The notes beneath the pieces are model-generated. The model was not told the DNA's origin. It saw only the letters and a program-made list of their open reading frames with translations, and made no database searches. Both the position numbers and the translations under genes were made by a program. A stretch of DNA of 58,131 nucleotides, the filler included, from Circinaria calcarea (taxonomy: Eukaryota): the NCBI GenBank assembly GCA_051942165.1. It is 2 parts of 2 records of this genome, joined end to end, with 100 filler letters (N's around TTAATTAATTAA, not from the genome) between each part and the next. Parts side by side here need not be neighbours in the genome. Positions count along the whole stretch, not along the records: positions 1 to 29,020 come from JAVECS010000048.1; 1 more part is not named here. One strand, given 5' to 3'. Within the stretch, counting starts at the first letter, position 1. Every line of letters starts with the position of its first letter. Shown piece after piece: positions 11,947-24,004 of this stretch.

Positions 11947-12575
11947 TCACTTCCCTCCTAGGACCTTCGCTGTATCGCCCTCCTTCCCGAGCAATCCCAG
12001 ATTTCGTATCGCCCCGACTGGCCTGTCTTCTCGAGGGTGCGCAAGTTCGGCCCGGCGGTACGCATGTTGGAGAGCACGTGTACGTGCGGCCTGTAAGTTG
12101 TCAAGTGCGTAAGAATTAGCTCTGCAGTCTTTTAGATAAAGTCCGAAACTCAATTGAGTATTCCCCCCGAGTCCAATTCGGAGAAATAGTGTTTAGTCTC
12201 AGTAGTTGACATGCTTCAACCGCAGGAGATCGTGGAGTCCAATCTCCGTCCCTGATAGCTGGAACCACTGCCAGCTCTAAACCACGAGCTCGCAGAAGAA
12301 ACACTAACCTCCTTCCCATGATGCAAACATTCATAATAATCTTCCATAACCGGTATACATTTCTTCCCGCCCGAAACATCGTCGGTAGAAGTATTTACAA
12401 CATAGCAGGCCAGAAGCTCTTGCCAGAAGGGAAAGCAGCGAGAAGGTCCTGAATTGGCGTTAGTAATGGAGGGAAAACCGAAAGAGTTCTGGATTAGATG
12501 CATTGCACGGGGATTTGGGAGCGGGAGGAAACATGGGAAAGTAATACCGCCTGATAGGCCGTAGCCTGAGGCCAT
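11947..12575 (-). CDS. Complex I accessory subunit NDUFS5-like (fungal ~11-15 kDa twin-Cx9C-type subunit), 3 exons; intron 2 = 12091-12308
   Basis: The spliced protein reads MASGYGLSGGPSRCFPFWQELLACYVVN...KCIPVMEDYYECLHHGKE/AARTRALQ..., which has the characteristic twin Cx9C pattern. Confidence 0.9.
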
Positions 12576-14729
12576 TGTGAGGATCTAAGTTTGATTGACA
12601 GATGCGACAGCGGGGAAGATTGTCACTTGAAAGTGGTAAGAGGAACAAGCAACTGGCGCTTGAGGCGGTTGCGGTTAGGGGGTGCGGTTAGGGAATGAAG
12701 GACAACCGCGATCTCAAGGTAAAAATCACATAAGCATGTTAGAGGATATAAAGATATTACAATTCAATACTTTGCTCATATAATCCATTCGAGACCTTAT
12801 CAGGTGACCGGCTGTGCTCCTTTGGTAGACTCAAGGTACGACCTAGCAAATGAATTGCAGAATCTCGAGCAATTGATCGAAGCATTAGTCCAGCTTGTAT
12901 GTTAATAGCTATACTGCTATCATACACAAGGCTCAATGATCATCATGATGTTCTCTTGGCCTTTATTGAGTACAGGTAGATGCATATTTCATGAATCGGA
13001 TTCCGCTGGCCTGAGAAGAGCTTAAGTACAACAAGAGCCAAAAGGGATAGTGACGGTCTTTACTTGCATGGACTCTTCATGTTGTGTGGTGAAAGTTCCT
13101 TGTATTTCTCTATACTAAAACTACTGTCTTTTATATACATCATCCCCCGGACCTCGGTCCCTCCGTGGAAGTCGCGGGGGGACCCCGTGACACTTCTGGA
13201 GTATAATTCATGTCGAAGCCTGAACTTCGAACCTATTATATAAGATTGAACGCTTGCATATTCACATCCTCATCAATCTTATTTCAATAGGAACCGACCT
13301 CCCCACTTGCATGTCCTTTACTGCTCCATTCCTTCACAACTATTTCTGAAATGATCCAGATGATTCAATGCACCGCTGAGCACAAAAACAGACATTGAAC
13401 ATATAGCTAAAGACAGTAGTACGAGGCATTGCCATTTATCAGATGTCGTTTTACCTCGACCGGCATAGAGCATGCCTTTGGAATATTCCCAGCAAAGGGA
13501 CGAACCGAATACGTATCTTAATAACCCCAACAGATCGGCCCTTCAGCATACCCGTGGTCAGAAAGACAAGCTTCCCACCAAGCCTCATCCTCTCACGATT
13601 AACAGATGGCCCATTATTCATCCCAGATAGATCAGCAATTGGGCAATTCAATTATACCCTAGTGAAGATCCGCTATGTCGCAATGCAAGGTCTCTTGGCT
13701 ATTCATAGGTTCCAAGGCAGCAAACTGGGAAACTCCTCTGAAAGCAGGTGACCGTGATAGCTGACACATCTAGCCAGCTAGCCTCTATCAGGTGGACTAG
13801 ATCTTTGGCAATTCGCATTTGTGGAAGTCGGTATGGACGGATGACCTTACGACCGTATTTCATAATGGGCAATACTGCAGGATGTGAGACGCTCTATCCT
13901 GTGCTAGGATGATGATAGTCAGGTCATACCCTGCAATTCACGGATTGCGGTAGAAAACAAACAAAGTCATATGAGAACATCTCTGCTGATTATTAGAAAT
14001 GCCACCTGATAGAAAGCTTCTGACAAGCAAAAACATAAAGAAAAGATATTAAAGAGATCTGGTCCACAGCCCAAAGGACTTCTGCAGTCTCTAATCCACA
14101 ATCTCTATATTGTGTTATCCATCCCCTACTTCTGAGATGTCTGTCCTGCGGCTTACCCGCTGGTGTATAGCTTCATGCCTCGGGCATATCGGTCAACAAT
14201 GATTTGACTGGGATTGCTGTACCATTGATTTTCTTCAATGGTTGAAAGGTCGAAGCGTGACAGGTTCCTGGAGAAGTACTCTCTATCTCTCTTATACCTT
14301 TAAGCTGGTATCTGCAATGGACAGCCCGAATCACTCCATGGTACAAAGATCGACGCTCTCTGCTGATAAATATTGAGCTTTAGACTTGGCTTGGCTGTGG
14401 TTCTGAGCTTAGGTCGCATCATTCATGATTAAGAACAAGCACTAGATCCAACAATGTGCGGCAGGGAGCAGGAATCAGGCATGCTTCATACAATGCACTC
14501 ATTATTCTATACATGAAGATATGCGGACTCAACGCGCTAAACCGCGAGACAAACGAAATTCGTTCTCGCTTAAGGACAAGACTCTTCCGGTAACATCCTC
14601 ACTCTTGTTTACCCGATACTTGTCTGCAACTCATCTTCTATATACATAAGGCTCTTGTGGAAGCTCCAACCGTTTACGGATTTCATCCCGGTATCTCCCC
14701 TACTTTCGCTCCCCATATCTTGCACCGAG

Positions 14730-15511
14730 ATGTCCAGAATCGCAAACCTTCGTGATGAGCGGAACTTCCCAACGCTCATCTCGTGTCCCCATGACAACTC
14801 CATCGAGCTGGACTACTTTAAATTCATCGCCAACTGCCTCTGGCCTAAACGCCACTGGTGTCTCCTCGCCGAGATAGTCGAAATAGGTTGCTTATTTCAA
14901 TCACGCCTGCTAGTCACAGATAAATCCGGGACTACCTTCCCCATATCCTTCCACCTACAAAACAATGTCACTCGTCGAGCCTGGCAAGATTTCCGTCCGG
15001 GCCTCAGTGTCGCCGTTCTCTATCCACAGCAGCATGGCTTCAAAGATTCGACCGTGGGGATCAAACAGGAGATGCCAGACAGTGTACAGGTAGGCCCTTC
15101 TGCACCCCAGCACAAAGTAAATAAGCTTAGGATTAATCCTTCCAGCTGATTCCTCGTTGCATGCCTGGCCTCCTTACTTTGAACGACGAGGTCCAAGCGC
15201 AGAACACCAAGAAAGGTGGCAAACTGGCCTGCCATGCCTGCGGACAGAGGAAAGCGTCGTTGGATAAGTGCGGGAGATGCGGGCTTTTCTGGTACTGTAA
15301 CAAGGTAAAATCCCCGACACTTATTTCCCAAAAAAAAACGACTGTACCACTCCAAAAATTTCGGTTTTTGACACCCCCCTTTTAGGATTGCCAGGTAAAA
15401 GGATGGCGGGAAAAGGGCCACAAGGAGGATTGCCGGGTCCTGAAGCAGATCAAGGGTCTGTTCACGTTGGAATGGGGGAAGTTTGAGAATTTTGTTACGC
15501 TTCCGCTCTAG
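14730..15511 (+). CDS. MYND-type zinc finger protein, 3 exons (introns 15090-15145, 15305-15385)
   Basis: The C-terminal MYND finger is CHAC...CGRC...YCNKDCQVKGWREKGHKEDC. The N-terminal RHWCLLAEI domain is typical of a widespread fungal MYND family. Confidence 0.85.
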
Positions 15512-16042
15512 GAAGATGATTTCGTTCTCCGAGGCAGAGTGGTGGAGTGGGGATGGAATATGGCATTGAAAGCTCCCCCATTCTGTTGACCACTTCTTGT
15601 GCAAATAAATGGTTCATAAATTAAGATCATTCTTCGAATTAGCTCTCCGATTTCCCATTGAACTTTAAAGATGCCCGTATAAGGCTGTGAAAGAAAAAGC
15701 GTAGGTGTACATTTGCTGATACGGAGGCTACCAACTTGGTGCACCTCAACGTTCGACGATGAAGTAGAAACACTCAGATTAGGAGGCTTGGTGTGGAATT
15801 GAAATAGGGGGCTGGTTTAGGGTCTCTCAAGAATAGGAGAATTATCAAGGTTGAAAGGGGAATTCGCAGATTGAATCGCAAGAATATGGTTGGGAAAGAT
15901 GCATCCTGTGTAGTTGTAATAGTTCGGCTGGTTCGTAATCATCATATTTAACAGTCACAATTCGCAAATAGTTTGCCAAGGGTATCATGTAGAATTGAAT
16001 TTCTAAGAACTTGCAATCCAACCTGAATAAAGAAGAGTCAAG

Positions 16043-16939
16043 TCACTCCTTCTGAAATTTCTTTGCGTCCGCAGCCTGCCCCTGCTGAACCCACTTGGCA
16101 ACTTCCCTCGCATGCTTCTCCTCCGCATCCTTATCCGCCAGCATCTCCTTGATCCGATGTGGATCCGGCACATGCCGTCCCTTCTCGACCGCAGGCCGAG
16201 CCAACATCCGATCGTCCCAAGCTTTCAGGTTGGGGAACGCATCGAGGTCGATGCCTGCCCACCCGGCGGCAGTGACCCATCCCCAATGACTAATGTCCGC
16301 GATGGTGCATTTGTTCCCGACCAGATATCCCGAGGAGGATTGCGCCAGGTGCTTGTCGAGGACGCCGTATAGTCGTCTGGTTTCGTTTTGGTAGCGGTTG
16401 ATGCCGTATTCGATCTTTTCGGGAGCGTAGCGGTGGAAGTGGTTGGCTTGTCCCTTTGAGGGTTGTTCCGTTAGCAATGGGCGTTGCAGATGGATTATTG
16501 GTGTTTCTTCCTTACCTGCATAGGACCCACGCCGGCGTTCAGGAAGAATAGCCAGTTGTTGACCTCGTATGATTCACGCGAGCCTTTCGGGTAGCTGATG
16601 AGATGATTGGTGTCGTACTGCTCGACTAGGTACTGCATGATGGAGCCGGATTCGAAGAGCCGAATGGTCTTGCCATCGGTGAACGTGTCTGTCAAGGCTG
16701 GAATCCTGCCGTTGGGATTGATCTCAAGGAACCACGGCTCTTTTTGAGTATTCTTCGATATGTCGATCTTGTGTACTGTGTAAGGTAACCTGAGCGTTTG
16801 TTAGTGATTCCTCTTTCGGTACAATGCGCAGCCTAGCGTACCCAAGCTCCTCGAGGGTGATGGAGATTTTAACGCCATTGGGAGTCTGTGTTGTATAGAG
16901 GGTAATGTCGGGCACATTTTCATCAAAAACGACTGCCAT
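16043..16939 (-). CDS. Glutathione S-transferase, Ure2p/YfcG-like; introns 16790-16841 and 16454-16515
   Basis: Motifs TPNGVKISITLEELG, INPNGRIPAL, FESGSI, GPMQGQANHF and TIADI. Confidence 0.93.
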
Positions 16940-17618
16940 GTTCGGTTAAGATGGTCTTGTATCTGACTGAGTCGCCTGCTCATGTAACAAGAGGTAGTGG
17001 GTCTGGCAAAAGGCAAGTATGTTCAAATAGTGGTACATTTATATTAATAAGCGTCTCGATATGGCGTGCTCTGCTTATGGTATGTAACCACCTCGATCAC
17101 CCCACATTAGATAAAAAGGAGGGGTATTCAAGAGTGTAAAACATGATCGGTACTCCTTAGAATATTATTTACTTACGCTGGAGTTCTATCCATCCCATTC
17201 AGTCATTGACATTATTTATTCATGAAGGGGTCCTCAAGAGTAACACCATGTAAGCCTTGCCATTTTAAAACCATGAATCAGGAACGTAGGTGAAGGGGTA
17301 ATCCCAAAATTCCATGCAGAGACATTGTAGTAATTCGCAGAAGACTTCCCTACGGTGCGCCTATGCATACATTGGGCACCTACAAAGTAATCACCAATAC
17401 ATCTAGCACCAGTGTACCGTGATATCATACAACAATAGGGAAGAGTCCATCGTCAGAAACTAGATAGATGTTCAGGCGGAGGCGTGGGATGATGGAGTGG
17501 CCCGAGCTTCAATTTCCGGGAGTTGGAAACTTATGGTGGTCGATGACATGACGCTCTTAAAGGATGTCTCTGACCCTCTCACTCCACCATCCTCTGAACG
17601 TGTCAAGGCAGAATTGTG

Positions 17619-20571
17619 ATGTCTGCAGCTCACGTCGTCCTCGAAGCTGTCCGCCTTGCCACAGAGGTGGATGTACACGGTCTCCGTCAGCTAACAGCTC
17701 GCCATGTCAACATCCTTCAACCCGAGCTCGTCTTGCGCATTATCTTGTCATATCTACCAGAGAGTACGGACCCGACTTTGTACACGGGCTTCTTACGTGA
17801 CCTCGTTGCGAGGAATTTGAACGCTCTTGACGAAACTGAACCGCCCACTGCTGTACGAGATGATCTATCCAAAGATGAAGCCCAACGCCAAGTGCGAGGT
17901 CTGCATCTGCTGCCACTTGCAGATCCTTCGGTCCTATACAATGAACCCCTCGATATGTTCACGAAGTTCTTATTGAATCGTGCGCATCGTATCGACGCCG
18001 AAACAGGCTCTCTTCCTCTAGTCCAGAACCTTCTGGAACCCTTTCTAGACCATTCAGAGTATCTATCCGAATGGATTATTTCGACATTGCTACCACTTCT
18101 TCGGCTTGACTACGAATACTATCCTCAACGCGCACCGGCTTACTCCCTTGAGGATTTTGAACACCTCGAAGGAAGCACTGCAATCTACACGCTCCTGGCA
18201 GAAGCTGCGCGATGGAACGATAACTCACACGTTGTGGAGATCGGCAGAGATTTGAGGGGTCTTGTAGGCCCATGGATGTATGGGGAGAACCGTCGAAAAA
18301 GGCGCAAGATCAATATCGAGCATGAGGGCAGCAAAGCGCCACTATCTACGCCAGAGAGAAAATTCCTGCCGAGTTCATCGTGGACCGAGGTTAACAAGTG
18401 GTTACTTGATCTATCGCTCCGAGACTTTCCCCGAGCAGTTCACGCGATAGAGCAATGGGATGGTCCCTGTGATGTGGATTATGGTGGTTGGGGTGGTGAA
18501 GCCGAAGAGATGGATGCGGAAGCGCGGCGAGCGGCTACGCTTTCTTACTGTCAGACAGGTCTTGCAACCTTGTATGCTACTAATAATGCCTCCTCGCAAA
18601 CGTTCGAAAGCATGCATAGCGTACTCGATCGGGTTAATGATTTAATGAAACTCCCCAGCATACCTGGCCTTCAGAGTGAAGACGCCACTTCTGATACTCA
18701 TGTGATTCCCCCTGATTTTTACGTCACTCTCGATCGGTCACATCTCGTCTATGGCCATTTACTCAACGAATCTAATCCAATCACCCTTCCTAGCAAAGAG
18801 TCAACAGTACTGGCATATCTACTGTTCGTTTCTGCACGTATCTTCGACTCTCTTGGTCATACAATACTCTATAGAAGGCTTGCAGATATCAGTCTGTTCG
18901 GGAGTGCACAGGATCAAAGGATTGAGCTAGGAAGAGTACTCCATACCCTGTACGCAAAACATTTGAAAGACGAGAAAAGTTGGGCTAAGGTACGGTATCA
19001 ACTGCATTGGCTGCGGTGTTGGAACCGCACCCTTGGAACTGAGGTCGAATCTCATCGACATCCCGAACATGGCGTCTTTTCTCAAGTTGACATTGTCGAG
19101 CTCGAGGTTGAAATCCTCAAAGCCTTTCTGGTTGGGTCGCGTATGTGGCTATTAATACCCCATTGATCCTCAGGAGTAAGGGAAAAATAACTAATAGAAA
19201 TCATTAGACTATAATTTGGCAATCGAGATCTATTGTGCCCAGCGAGAGCCTCCAATACCTCTGGACCAAGTGGAGAAGGTCGTTCTAGATGCTGCGCTAA
19301 AGTCGTACGACAGTGCTAGCAATGGCAATAAGACCCGTGGCGGAGTTAAGAAAGCCTCGGACATGTAAAGCCACCAAATCCAATAAGATCAAGTTGGTTT
19401 TTAACTGATTTTGCTGCGCAGATTGACGACCTTTCAAAAGTACTTCCCAAAATCCACCGCTTTCAAAAGGACCGCCGCGCTTCTGTCAGCAACACACGCT
19501 CTATCGTTCTACTCCCTCACCTTACAACATGGCGTGCCTTTTCAGCCTGCCAACATACGTGTGCATCCCGATCCAATATCTCTCATCGAAAAGGTGCTGG
19601 ACCAAAACCCGAAAAGCTATACAAAGCTGGAAGACCTGCTGGACATTGGTCAAAAACTTCTCAGAGCTGGTCTAGTGCAACCCAATGATGCTGAGCATAT
19701 TACGCAAGGGTTCTCACATGAACGTCAGTTCAAGCTCACAGAGAGACGTATCATTGCCATGGCCATCAAGGCTGCCTTGGCCGAAGATGATTTTGATACT
19801 GCCTACTCCTACGTTGTCAACCGCCTTTCGCCTTCAGAGTCTCCCCAAGAAAACAATAGTGGAAGACCTGATACATCGGCGTCTCCTGAGGATGATATTA
19901 CTTGGAAGGCTGCCTACCAAGCTGGCCGTGCTCGATCGCGTCGAGACGGGGGCCCGTCGGAGCTACGACGTTTGGAGCAGAGAATGGAACTTCTCTCGCA
20001 AGCACTCCTTTTGGCACCCTCGTCAGCAATCGAGGACGTTTTAGCAACGTGGCGAAGGTGTGAAGAGGAAATGAATGTTCTCCTGGCGCAAGAAACAGAA
20101 GAGGAAAATAAGTGGGATGATCGGGGTGATCGCAAACTACCTGGTGGATTCGCTGGTGAGGATTTCAACATGACAGTACAAAAGCCACGCGAATCTACTA
20201 GAAAAGCTATGAACGAGGAAGCCCCAATGGGCCTCTTTGACGTGGCCAGGGGCGCTGCTTCGGCACTAAGCAAGAGTGCTTTTCCCTTGAGAAGCCCTAG
20301 GATTGCAGACGCGGCTGCAAACGGAGCCACCAAGGGATCCAAGGGATCTCGGCCAAGCTCGTCCGGTGCGGTCAGTCCGGTCGTAGATGATCATAGCAGC
20401 CTGGGTGGAGGTGAAGGGGATGGTCGAGTCAGAAAGCGGGATATGGTCAGCAATCTGGTGACTGGTGGACTGGCGTCCGGTATTGGATGGGTTCTCGGTA
20501 TGTATATCCTGTTTGGCCACAATCTCACATCTAACCCTTGTCTAGGCGCTCCTCCCGTGAGGCAGGAATGA
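17619..20571 (+). CDS. SEC39: Sec39 (Dsl1 ER tethering complex subunit), 4 exons
   Basis: Motifs LRIILSYLPES, RDLRGLVGPWMYG, YDSASNGNKTRGGVKKA, ATHALSFYSLTL and GLASGIGWVLGA. Introns lie at about 19141-19207, 19365-19421 and 20498-20545. Confidence 0.88.
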
Positions 20572-21232
20572 TTATTTTCATGGACAGGAGCATAGCGAAG
20601 GGCGCATGGCATTTGCATATACCCAACCGGCGCGAACCTACACTGCAACAATATACTTTGAGCGTTTGTATAAAGACATGTAATCCATTTACTGCATATT
20701 AAAGTGTTACATCCCGTCATTCTGTTCGCTACGGACTCGAGCCTTGACGACTTTTTGCTTCCTTGTTCACAGCGATTGGACAAGAGCAATTTTCGAGAAC
20801 GGAGAATTACAGTCATTACTTGAATTGACAAGCACTCTCAGTCATGTGCATGATTTAGAATAAAGGTCTCTGACTCTGACTGGTACTCCCATGATTCATA
20901 CCGTATGTAGGATTCTTCCAACGGGTAGACGGACGATGGAACGTTAGTCCGTGATGTGAATCATCGCTAGTGGGGCAGTGTTGGGTTTTTTCCTGCTCGC
21001 TTAAGGATTGTGCCCCACAGTCATCACTACATAAACCCTCGACCCGGTAGCCCACCAACCTTTTCTTCTTCGTCTTTGCATGTCAGTAACTCCGGCACCC
21101 TACATTTCATCCATCACCGTTGCTAACGGCCTCTAGACCTCTTCACATACGCTGAAGAATCTGCAAGCTTCATTCTCTTTGACCTCGCACCACACACAAA
21201 TCTAAAACTCGACTCGACAAATATCACTCACC

Positions 21233-23116
21233 ATGGGGTAAGTTGTCCCAACACCGCCTACGTGGCACTGCTAAACTTTCACCTAGTAAAGAAAAGGTTC
21301 ACATCAACGTCGTCGTTATCGGCCACGTCGATTCAGGTAAGAATCTTGCCCTCTGCGCCATGGTATCTCTCTAATACTGTCGGTCAGGGAAATCCACCAC
21401 CACCGGTATGGCCCAGAACTCGATCGTCTTCGAGCGCAATCAGCTTACAGTCGTCAGGACACTTGATCTACAAGTGCGGAGGTATCGACAAGCGAACTAT
21501 CGAGAAGTTCGAAAAGGTAAGCTCTTCTCGTCCTTTAAGTCTTGGGAATTGCGCATATTGCGATCGGAAATCTGATGGTGGGGCTGTGTTGTACCCCGCC
21601 TTAGCCCCGACACTTCGCCTCCCAACTCTCAACCACATCTCCTCCAGCGCCATACTACTGCCGTCGAGTTCTAAGCCATACTCACGTGGAACCTTGGCTA
21701 ATCTCGAAATATAGGAAGCCGCTGAACTCGGCAAAGGCTCCTTCAAATATGCCTGGGTTTTGGATAAACTAAAGGCGGAGCGTGAACGTGGTATCACCAT
21801 TGACATCGCTCTGTGGAAGTTTGAAACCCCAAAGTACTATGTTACGGTCATTGGTAGGTCTTCTCGATACTAGTTGCGACCGAATCGCTCTAACGGCTGT
21901 CCAGACGCCCCTGGTCATCGTGATTTCATCAAGAATATGATCACTGGTACTTCCCAGGCCGACTGTGCCATTCTCATCATTGCCGCTGGTACTGGTGAGT
22001 TCGAGGCTGGTATTTCCAAAGACGGTCAGACCCGTGAGCACGCGCTCTTGGCGTACACTCTCGGTGTCAAGCAACTTATCGTGGCTATCAACAAGATGGA
22101 TACCGCCAAATGGTCCGAAGCTCGCTACAATGAAATCATCAAGGAAACCTCCAACTTCATCAAGAAGGTCGGTTACAACCCCAAGACTGTTCCCTTCGTG
22201 CCAATCTCTGGTTTCAACGGCGACAACATGATTGACAATTCTCCCAACTGCCCCTGGTACAAAGGATGGGAGAAGGAGACCAAGACTAAGACCACCGGTA
22301 AGACCCTCTTGGAAGCCATCGATGCTATTGATCCTCCGTCCCGTCCTACCGACAAGCCACTACGTCTGCCACTCCAGGATGTCTACAAGATCGGTGGTAT
22401 TGGGACGGTACCTGTCGGTCGTGTTGAGACTGGTGTCATCAAGGCTGGTATGGTTGTAACCTTTGCGCCTGCAAACGTTACCACTGAAGTCAAGTCCGTC
22501 GAGATGCACCATGAGCAGCTCGTCGAAGGTCTTCCCGGCGACAATGTCGGTTTCAATGTCAAGAACGTTTCCGTAAAGGAGATTCGTCGTGGGAACGTTG
22601 CTGGTGACTCCAAGAACGACCCACCCAAGGGTGCCGATTCGTTCAACGCTCAAGTCATCGTGCTTAACCACCCTGGACAGATTGGTGCCGGCTATGCTCC
22701 AGTCCTTGACTGCCACACCGCCCACATTGCTTGTAAATTCTCCGAGCTCTTGGAGAAGATTGATCGTCGTACCGGTAAAGCTATCGAGGCTGCCCCGAAA
22801 TTCGTCAAGAGTGGTGATGCCGCCATCGTTAAGATGGTGCCGTCCAAGCCAATGTGTGTTGAGGCATTCACCGACTACCCCCCGCTCGGGCGATTTGCCG
22901 TTAGAGATATGCGTCAAACCGTCGCCGTCGGTGTCATCAAGAGGTAGCTAAGTTGCATCTGTATTTTCCAACAGAAGGCTGACAATCCTACAGTGTTGCC
23001 AAGACCGAAAAAGGCACAGGTAAAGTCACCAAGGCTGCTGTCAAGGTAAATTTGTTCGCTCCACGTAAATCTCGGATGCATTCTGACATTGTATCCAGGC
23101 AACCGGCAAGAAGTAA
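21233..23116 (+). CDS. TEF1: Translation elongation factor 1-alpha, 8 coding exons
   Basis: [45 protein letters not shown] and the C-terminal ...TGKK. Seven canonical introns interrupt the CDS. Confidence 0.99.
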
Positions 23117-24004
23117 AGGATCGTGTGTGATTTGAGGATCAAAAGCGAGATGCGATGTTCCTTTGGCTGGGTATTTCGACATAGACTTTGTTTTACCAAG
23201 CATGAAAGGACTATTGTTCATTCTAGCGCTGTCTTCTTCTACTGTCATACCCTTTCCTTTATGGCGTCTGTGCAAAATTCACGAAGTTTGGGACACGATG
23301 AGATGATGCCATGGTATCGCATGCTAGTTACATCGGTCTTCTATCAGCAAGCTCATTAGAAGAGGAACTGAACGGTTTCAGTGCTCGGTCCTGTGATGTT
23401 CAGATCGGGGAGTCATATGTTGCCCACTAGGAATGCTAACAGAACGTAACGTCGTAGCCTGCATTGCACCCGTAGATGTCATATAACATGGAGCATTCCG
23501 CTCGAGTTTCTCCCCGCCCATCCTGTAGCTACCCTTGGTCGGCCTTTTGATCGTGATAATCTAATGAACGTATTTTGGTGACTGTGTCTGCTGCAAGCCC
23601 ACTTTCCCCGGTGAGCTTTGCCATGTTGGCACCACCAATGGAGCATCGCAGAGATCTATCATCCTAAACGAGCAAGAATCCCATGTCCGGCATCTACCGG
23701 GACACGTGCGGGACATGAGATGAGCATTCGACCGGAGCCCGGAGGATCTTTTACCGGCGGCCCGTGAGCTTCAAGCTTGTACCTTATGTCTGTCATGTTT
23801 TATTATTCTGTGCCGCGCTGTATTTGTTCATTCGTTCACTTGAAGACAGCAATCATACTTCAGATCTGAATACGTGGCTATTTTGTTAGGATTTTCTACC
23901 AACTCAGTATCTTGCCCAAGGCACAACCCATGCATCTCTTACGTGGTCATTCTGCAATGCTCTGTTCAGCATCCTTCATTATATAGTCCGAGCCTACCGT
24001 GAGG

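Noticed and set aside
12091..12308. Structured intron as a TPP riboswitch, hammerhead ribozyme or iron-responsive element
   Set aside because: It has UGAGA and a CAGUGG-containing loop, but lacks the TPP P4/P5 core and the hammerhead CUGANGA/GAAA pair. The loop geometry is not a canonical IRE, and an IRP/IRE system is not established in fungi.
12700..14700. 2-kb gene-free stretch with short ORFs and a possible exon-like piece near 14155-14295 (minus strand)
   Set aside because: The frames are interrupted by stops and show no recognisable domain. A pseudogene call would need a tBLASTx/BLASTX hit.
15840..16045. Possible stop-codon readthrough of the GST (TGA CTT followed by an open frame)
   Set aside because: The context is not the TGA CTA readthrough motif, and the extension does not end in a PTS1.
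22360..22917. 185-aa antisense ORF, and similar shadow ORFs opposite the kinase, SEC39 and MIF2
   Set aside because: These are expected from codon bias on the coding strand and contain no recognisable motifs.
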